Part shown: positions 1-10,406 of the stretch, in pieces
How positions within the stretch are numbered: position 1 is the first letter of the stretch
Layout of the letters: every line of letters starts with the position of its first letter
NCBI GenBank assembly: GCA_963704725.1
Contig: OY969934.1
Span: forward strand, 576,001 to 640,000
From: an uncultured Actinomycetes bacterium
Lineage (GTDB): Bacteria > Actinomycetota > UBA4738 > HRBIN12
Direction: 5' to 3'
DNA: 64,000 nucleotides
Made by a program: the position numbers and the translations under genes
Notes under the pieces: generated by a model
Database searches by the model: none
What the model was told of the DNA's origin: nothing
The model's input: the letters and a program-made list of their open reading frames with translations, nothing else

Positions 1-176
1 TCGTAGGTGACGATCGTCCGGTCGGGGAAGTGCGAGGAGAGCGTGGCGAACCCCGCGGCGCCCATCGGCGACCCGATCAGGAGCAGGACGGGCTCGTCGC
101 CGGACTCGCCGCCGCGGACGTCGTAGGCCAGCACGGCGCCCGGCACGTCCAGTGTGTGAGTCGTCGGTTCGTTCAT
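1..176 (-). CDS. alpha/beta hydrolase, N-terminal part (runs off window)
   Basis: Manual translation from ATG 176: MNEPTTHTLDVPGAVLAYDVRGG...PVLLLIGSPMGAAGFATLSSHFPDRTIVTYD, typical a/b-hydrolase start; GGAAGG upstream. Confidence 0.75.
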   Translation of the reverse strand, partial: MNEPTTHTLDVPGAVLAYDVRGGESGDEPVLLLIGSPMGAAGFATLSSHFPDRTIVTY

Positions 177-299
177 GAGGCCTTCCCCCGTTGGTCTCCG
201 AGTCTCCTCGATCAGACCCGCCGATTCTGCCGGATTCATCGGTCGGCCCTGCGGGATCCGCGTCTTCGACCGTCACGAAGCGTGGCGAGCTGATAAGGT

Positions 300-328
300 T
301 TGGACGATTGTCCAGGTCGAACGTCCAA
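300..328. promoter_or_regulatory. putative TetR operator (nested inverted repeats)
   Basis: TTGGACG(300-306)...CGTCCAA(322-328) enclosing TGGAC-gatt-GTCCA, directly upstream of tetR in a divergent intergenic region. Confidence 0.55.
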
Positions 329-343
329 GGCGGGAGGACCCCG

Positions 344-955
344 GTGAGCCCCACCGACGTCGAGGGTGTGGACACGCGTCGTCGTCTGACCGAAGCGACG
401 ATCGAGGTGATCGCGGAGCGCGGCTGGGGCGGCGTCTCGACCCGCGCCGTCGCCGAGAGGGCCGGCGTCAACCCGGGCGTCGTCCACTATCACTTCGCCT
501 CGATCGACGAGCTGCGACGCCGTGCGGTGGTCGACGCCCTCGGCGTCCTGGAGGACGCGGTCATGGACGCCTCGAGCGATCGCACACCTCGCGAGATCCT
601 CGAGGCGGCGGCGGAGGCGACCGTCGGGCTCGGGCGCTCGGAGAGGCTGCTGCTGTTCGAGGCGCTGCCTCCGGCGGGTCGCGATCCGCAGATGCGGGAG
701 GAGCTCGGGGAGCTCCTGATCCGAGGTCGCGGCATCCTGGCCGCCCGGATCCGCGCCCACCACCCGCAGCCGCTCGGTGACCCGGACGTGCTGGCCGGCG
801 TGATCGCCGCGGCCCTCGACGGCCTGCTCCTTCACCTGCTGGTCGAGCCGGGCCTCGACGTCGGCGCCCACGTCCGACCGCTGCTGGCCCTCCTCGGCCC
901 CGAGATGACCGCCACCCCCGAGACGGCCCCGGAGCCGGAGGAGGCCACCCGATGA
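344..955 (+). CDS. TetR/AcrR family regulator
   Basis: HTH STRAVAERAGVNPGVVHYHF; GTG 344 after GGAGG. Confidence 0.9.
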   Translation: MSPTDVEGVDTRRRLTEATIEVIAERGWGGVSTRAVAERAGVNPGVVHYHFASIDELRRRAVVDALGVLEDAVMDASSDRTPREILEAAAEATVGLGRSERLLLFEALPPAGRDPQMREELGELLIRGRGILAARIRAHHPQPLGDPDVLAGVIAAALDGLLLHLLVEPGLDVGAHVRPLLALLGPEMTATPETAPEPEEATR

Positions 956-1683
956 CCGCTCGCGATACCGACCACTCGGTCGCCACCCTGACCGGCGTCT
1001 CGAAGACCTTCGGTGAGGGCTCGACCGCCGTGCACGCCCTGGCCGACGTCGACATGGATCTCGCACGCGGCGAGCTGGCGGTGATCCTGGGTCCCTCCGG
1101 CTCGGGGAAGACCACGCTCCTGAACCTCGTCGGCGGCATCCAGCGGCCGTCGGCCGGGCGCATCGTCATCGCGGGCCGCGATCTGACCGATCTCGACGGC
1201 CGGGCGCTGACCGACGTGCGACGCGAGGTCATCGGGTTCGTGTTCCAGTTCTTCAACCTCGTCCCGACGCTGACCGCGGCCGAGAACGTCGCGCTGATCG
1301 CCGAGCTGACGGACCACGGTCGCGTCGACGAGCGGGTGGATCGCGTGCTCGCCGAGGTCGGCCTCCAGGATCGAGGGGATCACTTCCCGGGTCAGCTGTC
1401 GGGCGGGGAGCAGCAGCGGGTCGCCATCGCCCGGGCGCTGGTGAAGGAGCCGCCGCTGCTGCTGTGCGACGAGCCGACCGGTGCGCTGGACATCGAGACG
1501 GGCCGCACGATCCTCGCGTTGCTCGATCGCCAAGCGCGGCAGTCGGGACGAACGGTGCTCATCGTCACGCACAACGCGGCCATCGGCACGCTGGCCGACC
1601 GCGTCATCCGTCTGCGCAACGGCCGCGTCGACGGCATCCATCGCAACGAGCGGCCGGCACCGGTCGATCAGGTGGACTGGTGA
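952..1683 (+). CDS. ABC transporter ATP-binding protein (LolD/MacB-like)
   Basis: Walker A GPSGSGKT, LSGGEQQR signature, LLLCDEPT. Confidence 0.95.
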   Translation: MTARDTDHSVATLTGVSKTFGEGSTAVHALADVDMDLARGELAVILGPSGSGKTTLLNLVGGIQRPSAGRIVIAGRDLTDLDGRALTDVRREVIGFVFQFFNLVPTLTAAENVALIAELTDHGRVDERVDRVLAEVGLQDRGDHFPGQLSGGEQQRVAIARALVKEPPLLLCDEPTGALDIETGRTILALLDRQARQSGRTVLIVTHNAAIGTLADRVIRLRNGRVDGIHRNERPAPVDQVDW

Positions 1684-4052
1684 TGCGCGGGCGCGTCCTG
1701 CGCACCAAGCTGCGTCGGGACATCGGCCGGCAGTGGCCGCAGTTCGGAGCCATCGTCGTGCTGATCACGCTGGGTGTGGCGCTGTTCGCCGCGTCGTACG
1801 ACGCGTTCCGCAACCTCGAGGCGTCCTACGCGAACCTGCACGTTCAGCTGCGTTCGGCGGACCTGTGGATCACCGGTGGCGACACCGAGCGGATCGCCGC
1901 GACGGCCTCGGCCACCGACGGCGTCGCCGACGTCGTGACCCGGATCCAGGCCGATGTGCCGCTGCGGTTCGACGGCGTCGACAAGCTCCGGGGCCGGATC
2001 ATCGGCGTCCCCGCCGATCATCAGCCGGCGGTGTGCGGCCTGCTGCTGCTGCACGGCGGCTACGAGGTCGCCGGGCCGGAGGCCCTCGTGGAGCGCCACA
2101 CGTTCGACCATTTCGGGCTGGCCCTGGGCGATCGCGTCGACGTGCTGCCGGCCGGGTCGAGCGCCTGGATGCCGCTGCGGGTGACCGGGGACGCCGAGTC
2201 CGCCGAGTACATCTGGCCGGCTCGAAGCCGCCAAGACTCCATCACCCTGCCCGACGACTTCGGCGTGCTGTTCGTGTCCGAGGACCTCGCCGCGTCCATC
2301 GTCCAGGGTGGGCCGAACCAGGTCCTCGTCCGTCTCACCGCCGGCGCGGCCCCCGACGTGGTGGACCGGCTGCGCAGCGAGGCCACGTCGCTCGGCGCCA
2401 CCGAGGTGCTGACCCGCGCCCAGCAGGCATCGAACGCGCTCCTGCAGGAGGACATCGACGGCTTCAGCGAGATGTCCGCTGCGTTCCCGTTGCTGTTCCT
2501 GACCGCGGCGATGATGGCCGCCTACGTGCTGGTGACCAGACGCGTGCTGAGCGAGCGCAGCCTCATCGGCATGATGCTGGCGAGCGGCCTGCACCGACGC
2601 CAGGTGTTGCGCCACTACCTCGGCTTCGGGCTCACCGCCGGCGCGATCGGGTCGGTGGTCGGAGTCGTCGCCGGCACCGCCGCGGCCCGGACGATGACGC
2701 GGCTGTACCTGGGGGCCATCGACCTGCCGAACCAGGTCGCCGTCTACGACATCCGCGCGGCGACGTTGATCGCCGGGCTCGCCTTCGGTGTCGTCGTCGG
2801 GGGGTTGTCCGCCGCCGCCCCCGCGTTGCTCGCCTCTCGGATCGAGCCGGCCGAGGCCATGCGCGGCCTCGTCCCGGCGACCGGCGGCCGCCGGAGCCTG
2901 CTCGAGCGGCTGGTCCCGCCTTTTCGGCGGCTTCCCACCCGGTGGCGGCTGGTCCTGCGCGGGATCGGCCGGAACCGGCGGCGGACCTCCTACACGATCC
3001 TGGGCGTGACCCTGTCGATGCTGTTGATCCTCGTGTCGTGGTCGATGTTCGACACGATGGACGGCCTGTTGAACACGCAGTTCCAGCGTGTCCAGCTGCA
3101 GGATGCGCGCGTGGGGTTCACGGGTCCGCAGGACGCAGGGGTGCTCGAACGGCTCCGCGCCGTCGTAGGGGTGTCCGAGGTCGAGCCGGTCGTCACGGCC
3201 TCCGCGGCACTGCGCGGGCCCGCGGGCAGCTACGGGTCGGTGCTGCTGGCGCTGCCCAGCAACACCGACATGCACGGGTTCGTGCTGACCGGTGGCTCGG
3301 AGACGACGCTCTCCGAGGACGGCGTGCTCGTCGGGGTCGGCGCGGAGGGCTTCATCGGCGTGCCGGTGGGAGGGACGGCCACGCTCGACGTCCCGGACCT
3401 CGGTCTGAGCCTCCCCGTCAGGATCGACGGCTACCTCGACGAGCCACTCGGCACCTTCGTCTACGCGCCCCTGGATGCGGTGCGCCGGATGGCCGGGCAT
3501 CCGCTCCCGATCACCTCCGCGATGCTGCGCTTCAGCGACGGCGCGGATCGGGATGCGATCAGGCGCTCGGTGCAGGGCCTCGACATCGTGGCCTCGTACG
3601 AGGACGCGAGATCGCTGGTGGCCCTCTTCGAGGATTACACGGGCCTGTTCTACGGCTTCGTCGGCGCGATGCTCGTCCTCGGGGCCCTGATGGCGTTCGC
3701 GATCATGTTCACGACGATGTCGGTCAACATCGTGGAGCGGTCCCGAGAGGTGGCCACGCTTCGGGCGAACGGCGTGCGACTCCGCCAGATCTCGCGGCTG
3801 ATCTCGTCCGAGAACCTGATCATGACGCTCATGGGCATCGTGCCGGGGTTGATCGCCGGCGTGCTCGGGGGCCGTGCCCTGATGGCTTCGTACTCCTCGG
3901 ACCTCTTCCGGCTGAACCTCGTCGTACGAGCCCAGACGCTCGTCCTGGCGGGAGCGGCGATCGTCGTCGTGGCGCTCGTGTCGCAATGGCCGTCGCTGCG
4001 AGCGGTACGCCGGCTCGACATCGCCTCCGTGGTGCGCGAGCGCGACACGTGA
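1683..4052 (+). CDS. ABC transporter permease, FtsX/MacB-type (duplicated)
   Basis: ATG overlaps ATPase stop; two MacB-PCD/FtsX halves, ERSREVATLRANG motif, multiple TM segments. Confidence 0.9.
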   Translation: MRGRVLRTKLRRDIGRQWPQFGAIVVLITLGVALFAASYDAFRNLEASYANLHVQLRSADLWITGGDTERIAATASATDGVADVVTRIQADVPLRFDGVDKLRGRIIGVPADHQPAVCGLLLLHGGYEVAGPEALVERHTFDHFGLALGDRVDVLPAGSSAWMPLRVTGDAESAEYIWPARSRQDSITLPDDFGVLFVSEDLAASIVQGGPNQVLVRLTAGAAPDVVDRLRSEATSLGATEVLTRAQQASNALLQEDIDGFSEMSAAFPLLFLTAAMMAAYVLVTRRVLSERSLIGMMLASGLHRRQVLRHYLGFGLTAGAIGSVVGVVAGTAAARTMTRLYLGAIDLPNQVAVYDIRAATLIAGLAFGVVVGGLSAAAPALLASRIEPAEAMRGLVPATGGRRSLLERLVPPFRRLPTRWRLVLRGIGRNRRRTSYTILGVTLSMLLILVSWSMFDTMDGLLNTQFQRVQLQDARVGFTGPQDAGVLERLRAVVGVSEVEPVVTASAALRGPAGSYGSVLLALPSNTDMHGFVLTGGSETTLSEDGVLVGVGAEGFIGVPVGGTATLDVPDLGLSLPVRIDGYLDEPLGTFVYAPLDAVRRMAGHPLPITSAMLRFSDGADRDAIRRSVQGLDIVASYEDARSLVALFEDYTGLFYGFVGAMLVLGALMAFAIMFTTMSVNIVERSREVATLRANGVRLRQISRLISSENLIMTLMGIVPGLIAGVLGGRALMASYSSDLFRLNLVVRAQTLVLAGAAIVVVALVSQWPSLRAVRRLDIASVVRERDT

Positions 4053-4228
4053 GCCGCCGAGGTCCGCGGCGTGAGCGGTTTGGGAACACTCCCGAACCGT
4101 GAGGCGGACCAACACGGCTTTCGGGCGCAGCTGGAGGATGTGGTCGAGCGGCGCCCTCCTGCATTCGGCGTCCGCGCGCGGCGGCAGCCGAACAGTCGGG
4201 TTGCGGTGTGCGATGCCCAGCTTCTTCC

Positions 4229-5851
4229 CTAGATCAGCCGGTAGAACGCATGTGCCACCTGTCCGCTGTCGAACGCCAGGAAGAGCGTGTAGCACCCTCT
4301 CTGTCTGGGCGTCCGCCACACGTAGATGAAGCGCGTGACCCGGCCGTAGGCGAGACCGGTGCCGACGGTCGGCACGGTCTGGGTCGCCCCGTCAGGGTCG
4401 ACGGAGAACGCCGAACAGCTCGATGGCTTGGAGGTCACGGTGCGCACGGCTGCGAGGGACGACGTGTACGTGCTGTGCGCATCAGTGAGCTGGAATCGTA
4501 CGATCGAAGGCCACCCGGCCAGGGCGACGTTCACGTTGGGAGGCGAGGTCAGCGGGAAGAGGAACCGGATGTCGTATCCCACCCGATAGGTCACCGTGAC
4601 GGGGTCGGCGACGTTGCCGGACGAGTCGCTCGACTCCACGCGGAAGACCTTCTCCCCGACCGAGGATGTGTCGATCGGCGTCCCGTTCGGCACGGTGCCG
4701 CGACACACGGGCGCGGGATCGTCGTCGTCGATGCACGAGTAGTCGGCATCGACGATCGAGTTGAGGACATAGGTCTGATCTGCGGGAGCGAGGACGGTGA
4801 TCTTCGGCGCGGTCGAGACCCCCCAGTCGCTCGGCACCTTGTCGCTCGACACGCCGGCTATCGCCGTCTGGTTCGACCCGTCGGGGTTCATCAGGACGAC
4901 GGCGGGGCCGAGGCTCCCGTTCGCGAGGGGGGTCCGGTAGCTCAGGTACACGATCTTCGTTCCGTCCGGGGAGTAGATGGGATCGAAATCCGCGTACCCG
5001 TCGTTCGTGACGGCATGCTGGCCGCTGCCGTCCGCGTTCATCGCCCAGATCTCTCCCGCGCCCACCTCATCGACCTGGTCCCGCGTCCAGACGATCTTCG
5101 AACCGTCGGGTGAGAAGTCCGGCTGGCGGTCCACGACCGACGCGGCGGTGTCGGTCAGCCGGGTCTGGCCGGATCCACTCACGTCCATGACGTAGATCTC
5201 GTAGTTGTTGGGAGGTGGCGTGCCCGGCAAGCGAGAGATCTTGGTGAACGCGATCTTGGTGCCGTCGGGCGAGAACGTCGGCTCGACGTCGGCGATCCCG
5301 TAGGGATCGGGGAGATCCGGGTTCACCGTGAGGGGCGTTTGCCCCGAGCCATCGGCGTTCATGATCCACAGATCGATCCCTCGTTCGAACACGATCTTCG
5401 TTCCGTCCGGGGAGATCGCCGGGTTGGAGTCGTTGAGATCGTCGTCCGTAAGCCGCACCTTGTTGGATCCGTCGGCGTCCATGATCCAGATCTCGCCATC
5501 GGTCAAGCTGAGCTCCGGGCACGCGTGGGTCCAGTAGGCGATCTTCTTCCCGTCGCCGGAGAACGTCGGGTCACGGTCGCAGATCGAGTTGTCCGTCAGC
5601 TTCGTCGAGTTCCCTCCGTTCGCGTTCATGACGTAGATCTCGAAGTCACCGTCATCTCCCACGACCGCGATCTTCCCGTTCGGTCCGGGGTACGTCGCCG
5701 TAGCCGGCTCCGCCGTCGAAATGACCATCGTGGCGATGAGAGCGGCAGCGGCCAGGATCGAGAGACGTCCCCGCGAGATCCGGCGCCCGAACCCGATGCC
5801 CACCGTCGAGGCCCGGCCGCGCTGAATCCGGAACCGGCGTGCCCGTTCCAT
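4229..5851 (-). CDS. secreted TolB-like (PD40) beta-propeller with C-terminal PxKF-like domain
   Basis: ATG 5851 after GGAGGTG; signal peptide; five D-x-x-P-x-x-S-[PG]-DG-x-KI repeats; C-terminal FLFPLTSPPNVNVALAGWPSIVRFQLTDA. Confidence 0.85.
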   Translation of the reverse strand: MERARRFRIQRGRASTVGIGFGRRISRGRLSILAAAALIATMVISTAEPATATYPGPNGKIAVVGDDGDFEIYVMNANGGNSTKLTDNSICDRDPTFSGDGKKIAYWTHACPELSLTDGEIWIMDADGSNKVRLTDDDLNDSNPAISPDGTKIVFERGIDLWIMNADGSGQTPLTVNPDLPDPYGIADVEPTFSPDGTKIAFTKISRLPGTPPPNNYEIYVMDVSGSGQTRLTDTAASVVDRQPDFSPDGSKIVWTRDQVDEVGAGEIWAMNADGSGQHAVTNDGYADFDPIYSPDGTKIVYLSYRTPLANGSLGPAVVLMNPDGSNQTAIAGVSSDKVPSDWGVSTAPKITVLAPADQTYVLNSIVDADYSCIDDDDPAPVCRGTVPNGTPIDTSSVGEKVFRVESSDSSGNVADPVTVTYRVGYDIRFLFPLTSPPNVNVALAGWPSIVRFQLTDAHSTYTSSLAAVRTVTSKPSSCSAFSVDPDGATQTVPTVGTGLAYGRVTRFIYVWRTPRQRGCYTLFLAFDSGQVAHAFYRLI

Positions 5852-5908
5852 CGCCCACCTCCCATACTCGGCGTTCCCGAGCCCTGTTCGGCTCCGATCG
5901 ATCCCCGC

Positions 5909-5945
5909 AGGGTGGCGTGGGACCTTCGGGCAGGCTTCGGGCAGG
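5909..5945 (-). promoter_or_regulatory. SARP-like direct-repeat box plus -10 (site A)
   Basis: Minus strand CCTGCCCGAAG-CCTGCCCGAAG-N9-CACCCT, repeat ends 73 nt before start 5851. Confidence 0.7.
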
Positions 5946-6056
5946 GTCAAGGGGCGGCGCCACCTCGCGGGTCAGGATCCCTCCGCCTCGGTCGACCGGG
6001 TGGGACCGCCCGCCTGGAGTGGACGAGACAGGGGACAGACGTTTCGGGAACGGCGA

Positions 6057-6245
6057 TCATGGCTCACGGCCCTCATCCCCGCCGTTCGGGCCTATGGCGG
6101 TGGCGAGGAACTCGAGCAGCTCCGCCGGGGAAGCGAAGGGGCGCTCCGTTCCGCTGGCGACGTGTCGCACCAAGCCCCGGATCTCGGGATCGATCCGGTC
6201 TCCTCCCGTGCCCGGTGTCCACAGCCTCACGATGAACGTCTCCAC
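6057..6245 (-). CDS. small hypothetical protein (62 aa, METFIVRLW...RGLVRHVASG...F)
   Basis: Compact ORF directly downstream of the BTAD regulator with its own direct-repeat promoter. Confidence 0.7.
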   Translation of the reverse strand: METFIVRLWTPGTGGDRIDPEIRGLVRHVASGTERPFASPAELLEFLATAIGPNGGDEGREP

Positions 6246-6293
6246 GAGATCCTCTCGAGCACGGGCGAGGCTGGCGTCTGGTTCGCGGTTCGC

Positions 6294-6330
6294 ATCGTGC
6301 CGGCATGGATTCGGGTGTCCTTCGGGCAGG
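6294..6330 (-). promoter_or_regulatory. SARP-like direct-repeat box plus -10 (site C)
   Basis: Minus strand CCTGCCCGAAG-GACACCCGAAT-N9-CACGAT upstream of start 6245. Confidence 0.6.
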
Positions 6331-6341
6331 GTTGCGGCGGA

Positions 6342-9300
6342 CTACCGGGTCGGAACGGGAAACGCAAGGGCCTCGATGCCGAGCTCGGTCATCTTGGCCG
6401 TGTATGCGCGGTAGGCGCGTCTGGCCTCGCCGTGTCGTCCCGCCGCGGTGAGGCTGTCGATCAGCGCCAGGTGGGCGCGTTCGTCGAAGGTGTCTCGCTC
6501 CAAGATCCGGAGGAGGTACCGAGAGGCGGCGTCGTGGTCCCCTCGGGCGATGGAGTCCCTCGCGAGGGTTCGGGCCACTCCCACGTAGGCGTTCCGAGCT
6601 TCCTCGCGAAGCGCGATCGTCCATTCCTCGTACGGGTCTTCCGGCAGGAAGTCACCTGCATACGCGGCCTCGGCGGCGACCAGGCGGGCGGCGGCGTCCG
6701 GTGCTCGGTCGCGCCCCGACCGTAACCCTGCCGTGGCGTCCGGTAGGAACGATTCCACGTCCACCCAGACGTTCGCCAGGTTCAGACGGACGGTGTCGCG
6801 GTCGGCCGTCACGAATCGTTCCGCGTCGAACAGCTTGTCCGGATCGAGCACGCTTCGGAGCGTGGACAGGGCCACCGACAGCCGGCTCGACGTCTTCGTC
6901 GGATCCTCGTCGGGCCACATCGCCTCGATGAGCTCCTCGCGGTGCACGGGCTGGCCGCGCCTGGCCACCAGGAACTTCAGGAGCGAGCGCGCCTTGCGCG
7001 ATTGCCAATCCGTGAGCGGGACGGGGGCGCCGGAGCGGAGGACACGGAACCCTCCGAGGGAGTGGATGGCCACGGGGGGAACCTCCCGCGCCGCGACGGC
7101 TGCGCGGAGATCGCCCGCCGCCGCCGCGTATCGCCGCAGGCCGAGCTCCTGGAAGCGCCGTTCGGCCCGCTCAGCGAGCGCCAGCGATCCCTCGCCCGTC
7201 GTCAATCGAGCCAGGGCCAGATCCACGCGAGCCTCCCCGATGGGACCGCCCAGCTCCCGCCAGATCGCGCGGGCCTCTTCCAGCCGGTGCCGCTCCTGCT
7301 CGGGATGGAGAGACGAGAGCGCTTGAAGCTCGAGCGACTCGGCGACGGCGGCCCGGTCCCGGCGGCTCCTCGCCACCGTCGCTGCCTCGTCGGCCCGGGA
7401 CGCCGCTTCCGCACGATCGTTCCGAGCGAGCGCACCCCACCCGGCCGCCAGCAGCGCCCCCTGCTGCGACAGCACGGCGCCGTAGCCCACCGCTCGCTCG
7501 GCCAGCCGGGCCGCCTCCTCAGGCTCCTCTTCCGCCAGGATCCTCGCCAGTCCCGACAGGGCGGGTACCAAACCCTGGACGTCGCCCGATCCCTCCGACA
7601 CCGTCAGCGTCTCTTCGTACGCGGCGCGCGCCAGCGCCAGATCCCCGCGTTCCCTGAAGACGTCGCCGAGCAGCCCGAGCGGATAGCCGATCATCCGCGA
7701 GCCCAGCCGCTGGTAGATGGCCTTCGCGGCCTCGAGATCCGCCACCGCCTCGTCCATCCGACCCATCCGGAACAGCGCGTCGCCGCGATTGGTCAGGGAG
7801 AGGGCCTGGAACCAAGCGTACCCGGCCAGCTCGGCCAGCTCGATCGCCACGCCCAACTCGTCGAGGGCCTGCTCGAAGTAGCTCTCCTCGATCAAGCGAG
7901 AGCCGCGATTGCCGCGGATCCGGATGATCTGGAGCGCGTCGCCCGCCCGTTCGGCGTGATCGAGGGCCCGCAGGTAATGCGCATCGTTCGCTCGGCGATC
8001 GCTGTCGACGGCCGCCACCATCGCCAGCACGGTGTGTGCGATGGCGAGCGCGCGGTCGTCGTGCAGCCCTCGGGCGATGTCGAACGCACGTTGCGCGAGT
8101 GCGCGGCACTGGTCCATCTCGCCGCGAAGCCATCGCACGGACGCCGTCCACGCAAGGAGCGTCGCTCGGTCGGCCGAGTCCTCACCCACAGGCAAGCCAC
8201 GCGTGTACGCGGCCAGGGCCTCGTCCAGGTCGCCGCGGAGATGATGGATGAGCCCCATCCGCCAGGCCACGGCTGGGTCCAGGGGGCCCTCGCCCGCGAT
8301 CCGCCGGTAGCACTCGAGCGCCCCGTCCCAGTTCCCCCGGATCTGATGTGCCTCTCCCACCACCTGCTCCACGGCCGCCGACCGCATCGCCTCGGGGAGC
8401 CGAGCGGCCGCCGCCACCACCGCCCCCGCGGCGCCGGAGGCAAGGAGCGCGGAGCCATGCTCGGCCAGCACTCGCGACGCCCCCGAGAGATCGTCGATCT
8501 CGCACAGGCACGACAGCGCTTCGGCCGCTCGTCCGTTCGCTTCGAACCACAGGGCCGCTGTTTCGAAGAGTCCGGCCCGTGCCTGGGGTTCCAGGGGCAA
8601 GCGCTCCAAGACGAACTCGCGGACCAACGGGCTCAGCTGGTACCAGCCCTCCTCCCCCCGGGGCTCGACGAAGAGGCCTCGCCGATCCAGGCCGATCAGC
8701 AGCTCGCGCGCGCCATCGATGCCGAGCGCCTGGGCGAGCCCATCGGTGAACCGCTCCAGGGGCGCGACGGTGCGGACCAGAGCGGTGACCTCCGGAGCCT
8801 CACGGGCGAAGACCTCCTCCGCCAGATAGGAGAAGACGGGACCTCCCGGCCGCCCGACCCGCTCCAGCTCCCGGGGCCGCTCCTTCGCCGGCACCGTCCG
8901 AAGTGCCTCCGCCGCGAGTCGCACCGCCACGGGCCATCCCTCCGTGACCTTGCGCATCGGCACCACGAGGTCGAGCGATCCCTCGCCCAGGAGGCGACGA
9001 AGGACCTCGGAGGTCTCGTGGTCATCGAAGGCCAACGCGGCCCCGGTGATCTCCGACACGTCCCCGCGCCCACGCATGCGTTCGACGGAGAACGGGGGAT
9101 TCTCTCGCGATGACAGCACGATGTGCAGGCGAGGGGGAGCCTGACGGCACAGACCCTCGATCAGCGCCATCGATGGGTCATCGGCTCGCACCTCGTGCAC
9201 GTCGTCGAGGATCAGCGTCAGGTCCGATCGAAGGTGCTCCTGAAGGGCGCCACACAGCAGCGCGGCGAAGGCCGGAGCCCGGACGGCCCCATCCCTCTCG

Positions 9301-9690
9301 GCCTCGGGGCCGCGGGCGGAGTCCCGGCCGAGGGACACATCGCGGGTCAGGCCGGGCACTCGCAGGCGGAGCGCCTCGAGCAGGCCGGCGGCGAGCGCGT
9401 CGAGGTCACGATCCTCAGCGGTGAGCGTGTACCAGGCGCCGTTACATCGCTCGACCCATTGCCCCAAGAGCGTCGACTTCCCGTAGCCGGCCCCCGCGAC
9501 GACGATGGTCAGCCGAGCCTCGGCCGCTTCGCGCAGCCGGCTCTCCAGGGCCGCTCGGGGGACGACGTGTTGCCTGGGTCGCGGGCGGAAAGACCTTCGT
9601 GCCGAGCAGCGCCGGCGGCGGCGAGACCGAGGTCCCCGTCGTCTCGAGATCTCGGGGACCGCCTTTGCGGCTTCGATCGTCTCGCACCAT
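6342..9690 (-). CDS. MalT-like STAND NTPase/TPR transcriptional regulator with C-terminal wHTH + BTAD; frameshift near 9585
   Basis: P-loop AGAGYGKST, LILDD, TPR helices, LGGFRV...REELIEAMWPD...LSTLRSVL wHTH, BTAD end. N-terminal LLGTKVFPP lies in the 9442-9690 frame. Confidence 0.85.
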
Positions 9691-9816
9691 GCGCGTTGAC
9701 CCCCGGGAGGTGCAAATGATAGCCCGCCGCCGTTGCGGCCCACCCGGGGTGACCGGCCGATGGATCGGCCCTCATCCGATTCCGTCCGGACCGCCACGAT
9801 CTCGATGCGCCTTCAC

Positions 9817-9853
9817 CCCGCGCGAAGCCTGCGCGAAGGTGGTGCGTCAGTCT
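9817..9853 (+). promoter_or_regulatory. SARP-like direct-repeat box plus -10 (site B)
   Basis: CCCGCGCGAAG-CCTGCGCGAAG-N9-CAGTCT, repeat ends 71 nt before ATG 9909. Confidence 0.7.
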
Positions 9854-9908
9854 CCCGAGAAGTACCGGGTCAGAGAGGCTCGGGAGCTCAGGAAGGGGAG
9901 GTGGAACG

Positions 9909-10406
9909 ATGGAACGAGCACGCAGACCCTGGGTCCAGGCGGCAGTGATCTTGACCACGGCAAGCGCGGTGGGGTGGGCGCTCGTGGCGGCTCCGGCGGG
10001 CGCGAGCTCCGGGCTCACCAGGAAGGACGTGCGGAAGATCGCCACCAGGGTCTTCCACGCGAACGCGGCGGCGCTCGAGGATACGTGCCCCTCCGGTACG
10101 GAAGCGGCCGCCGGCAGCTGCGTCGAGACGACCACGCGGGGGCAGGCCTCCTGGGTGAACGCGAACAGGAACTGTGGGGACCTCGGCCGTCGACTTCCGA
10201 CGCCGGGAGAGCTCGTGGCGGCGTTCAGCACCCCGGGCATCACACCCGCGACCGAGATCACCTCCGACATCTACATCTCCGACGGCAGCGGGTCGACGTT
10301 CACGCAGATCATGGCGGTGGTCACCGCGAGCAGCAGCATCGGCGGTCAAGCCGATCTCAGCACGGTGGCCAGCTACCGGTGTGTGGCGCCGATGTCGAAT
10401 GCCTGA
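9909..10406 (+). CDS. secreted protein with probable C-type-lectin/FGE-like fold
   Basis: GGAGGTG RBS, signal peptide, CVE...W..A...C...GRRLPT..EL...YRCV pattern. Confidence 0.7.
   Translation: MERARRPWVQAAVILTTASAVGWALVAAPAGASSGLTRKDVRKIATRVFHANAAALEDTCPSGTEAAAGSCVETTTRGQASWVNANRNCGDLGRRLPTPGELVAAFSTPGITPATEITSDIYISDGSGSTFTQIMAVVTASSSIGGQADLSTVASYRCVAPMSNA

Noticed and set aside
9909-10406. CLec-like protein as a diversity-generating retroelement target
   Set aside because: No reverse transcriptase and no template/variable repeat pair seen in the window
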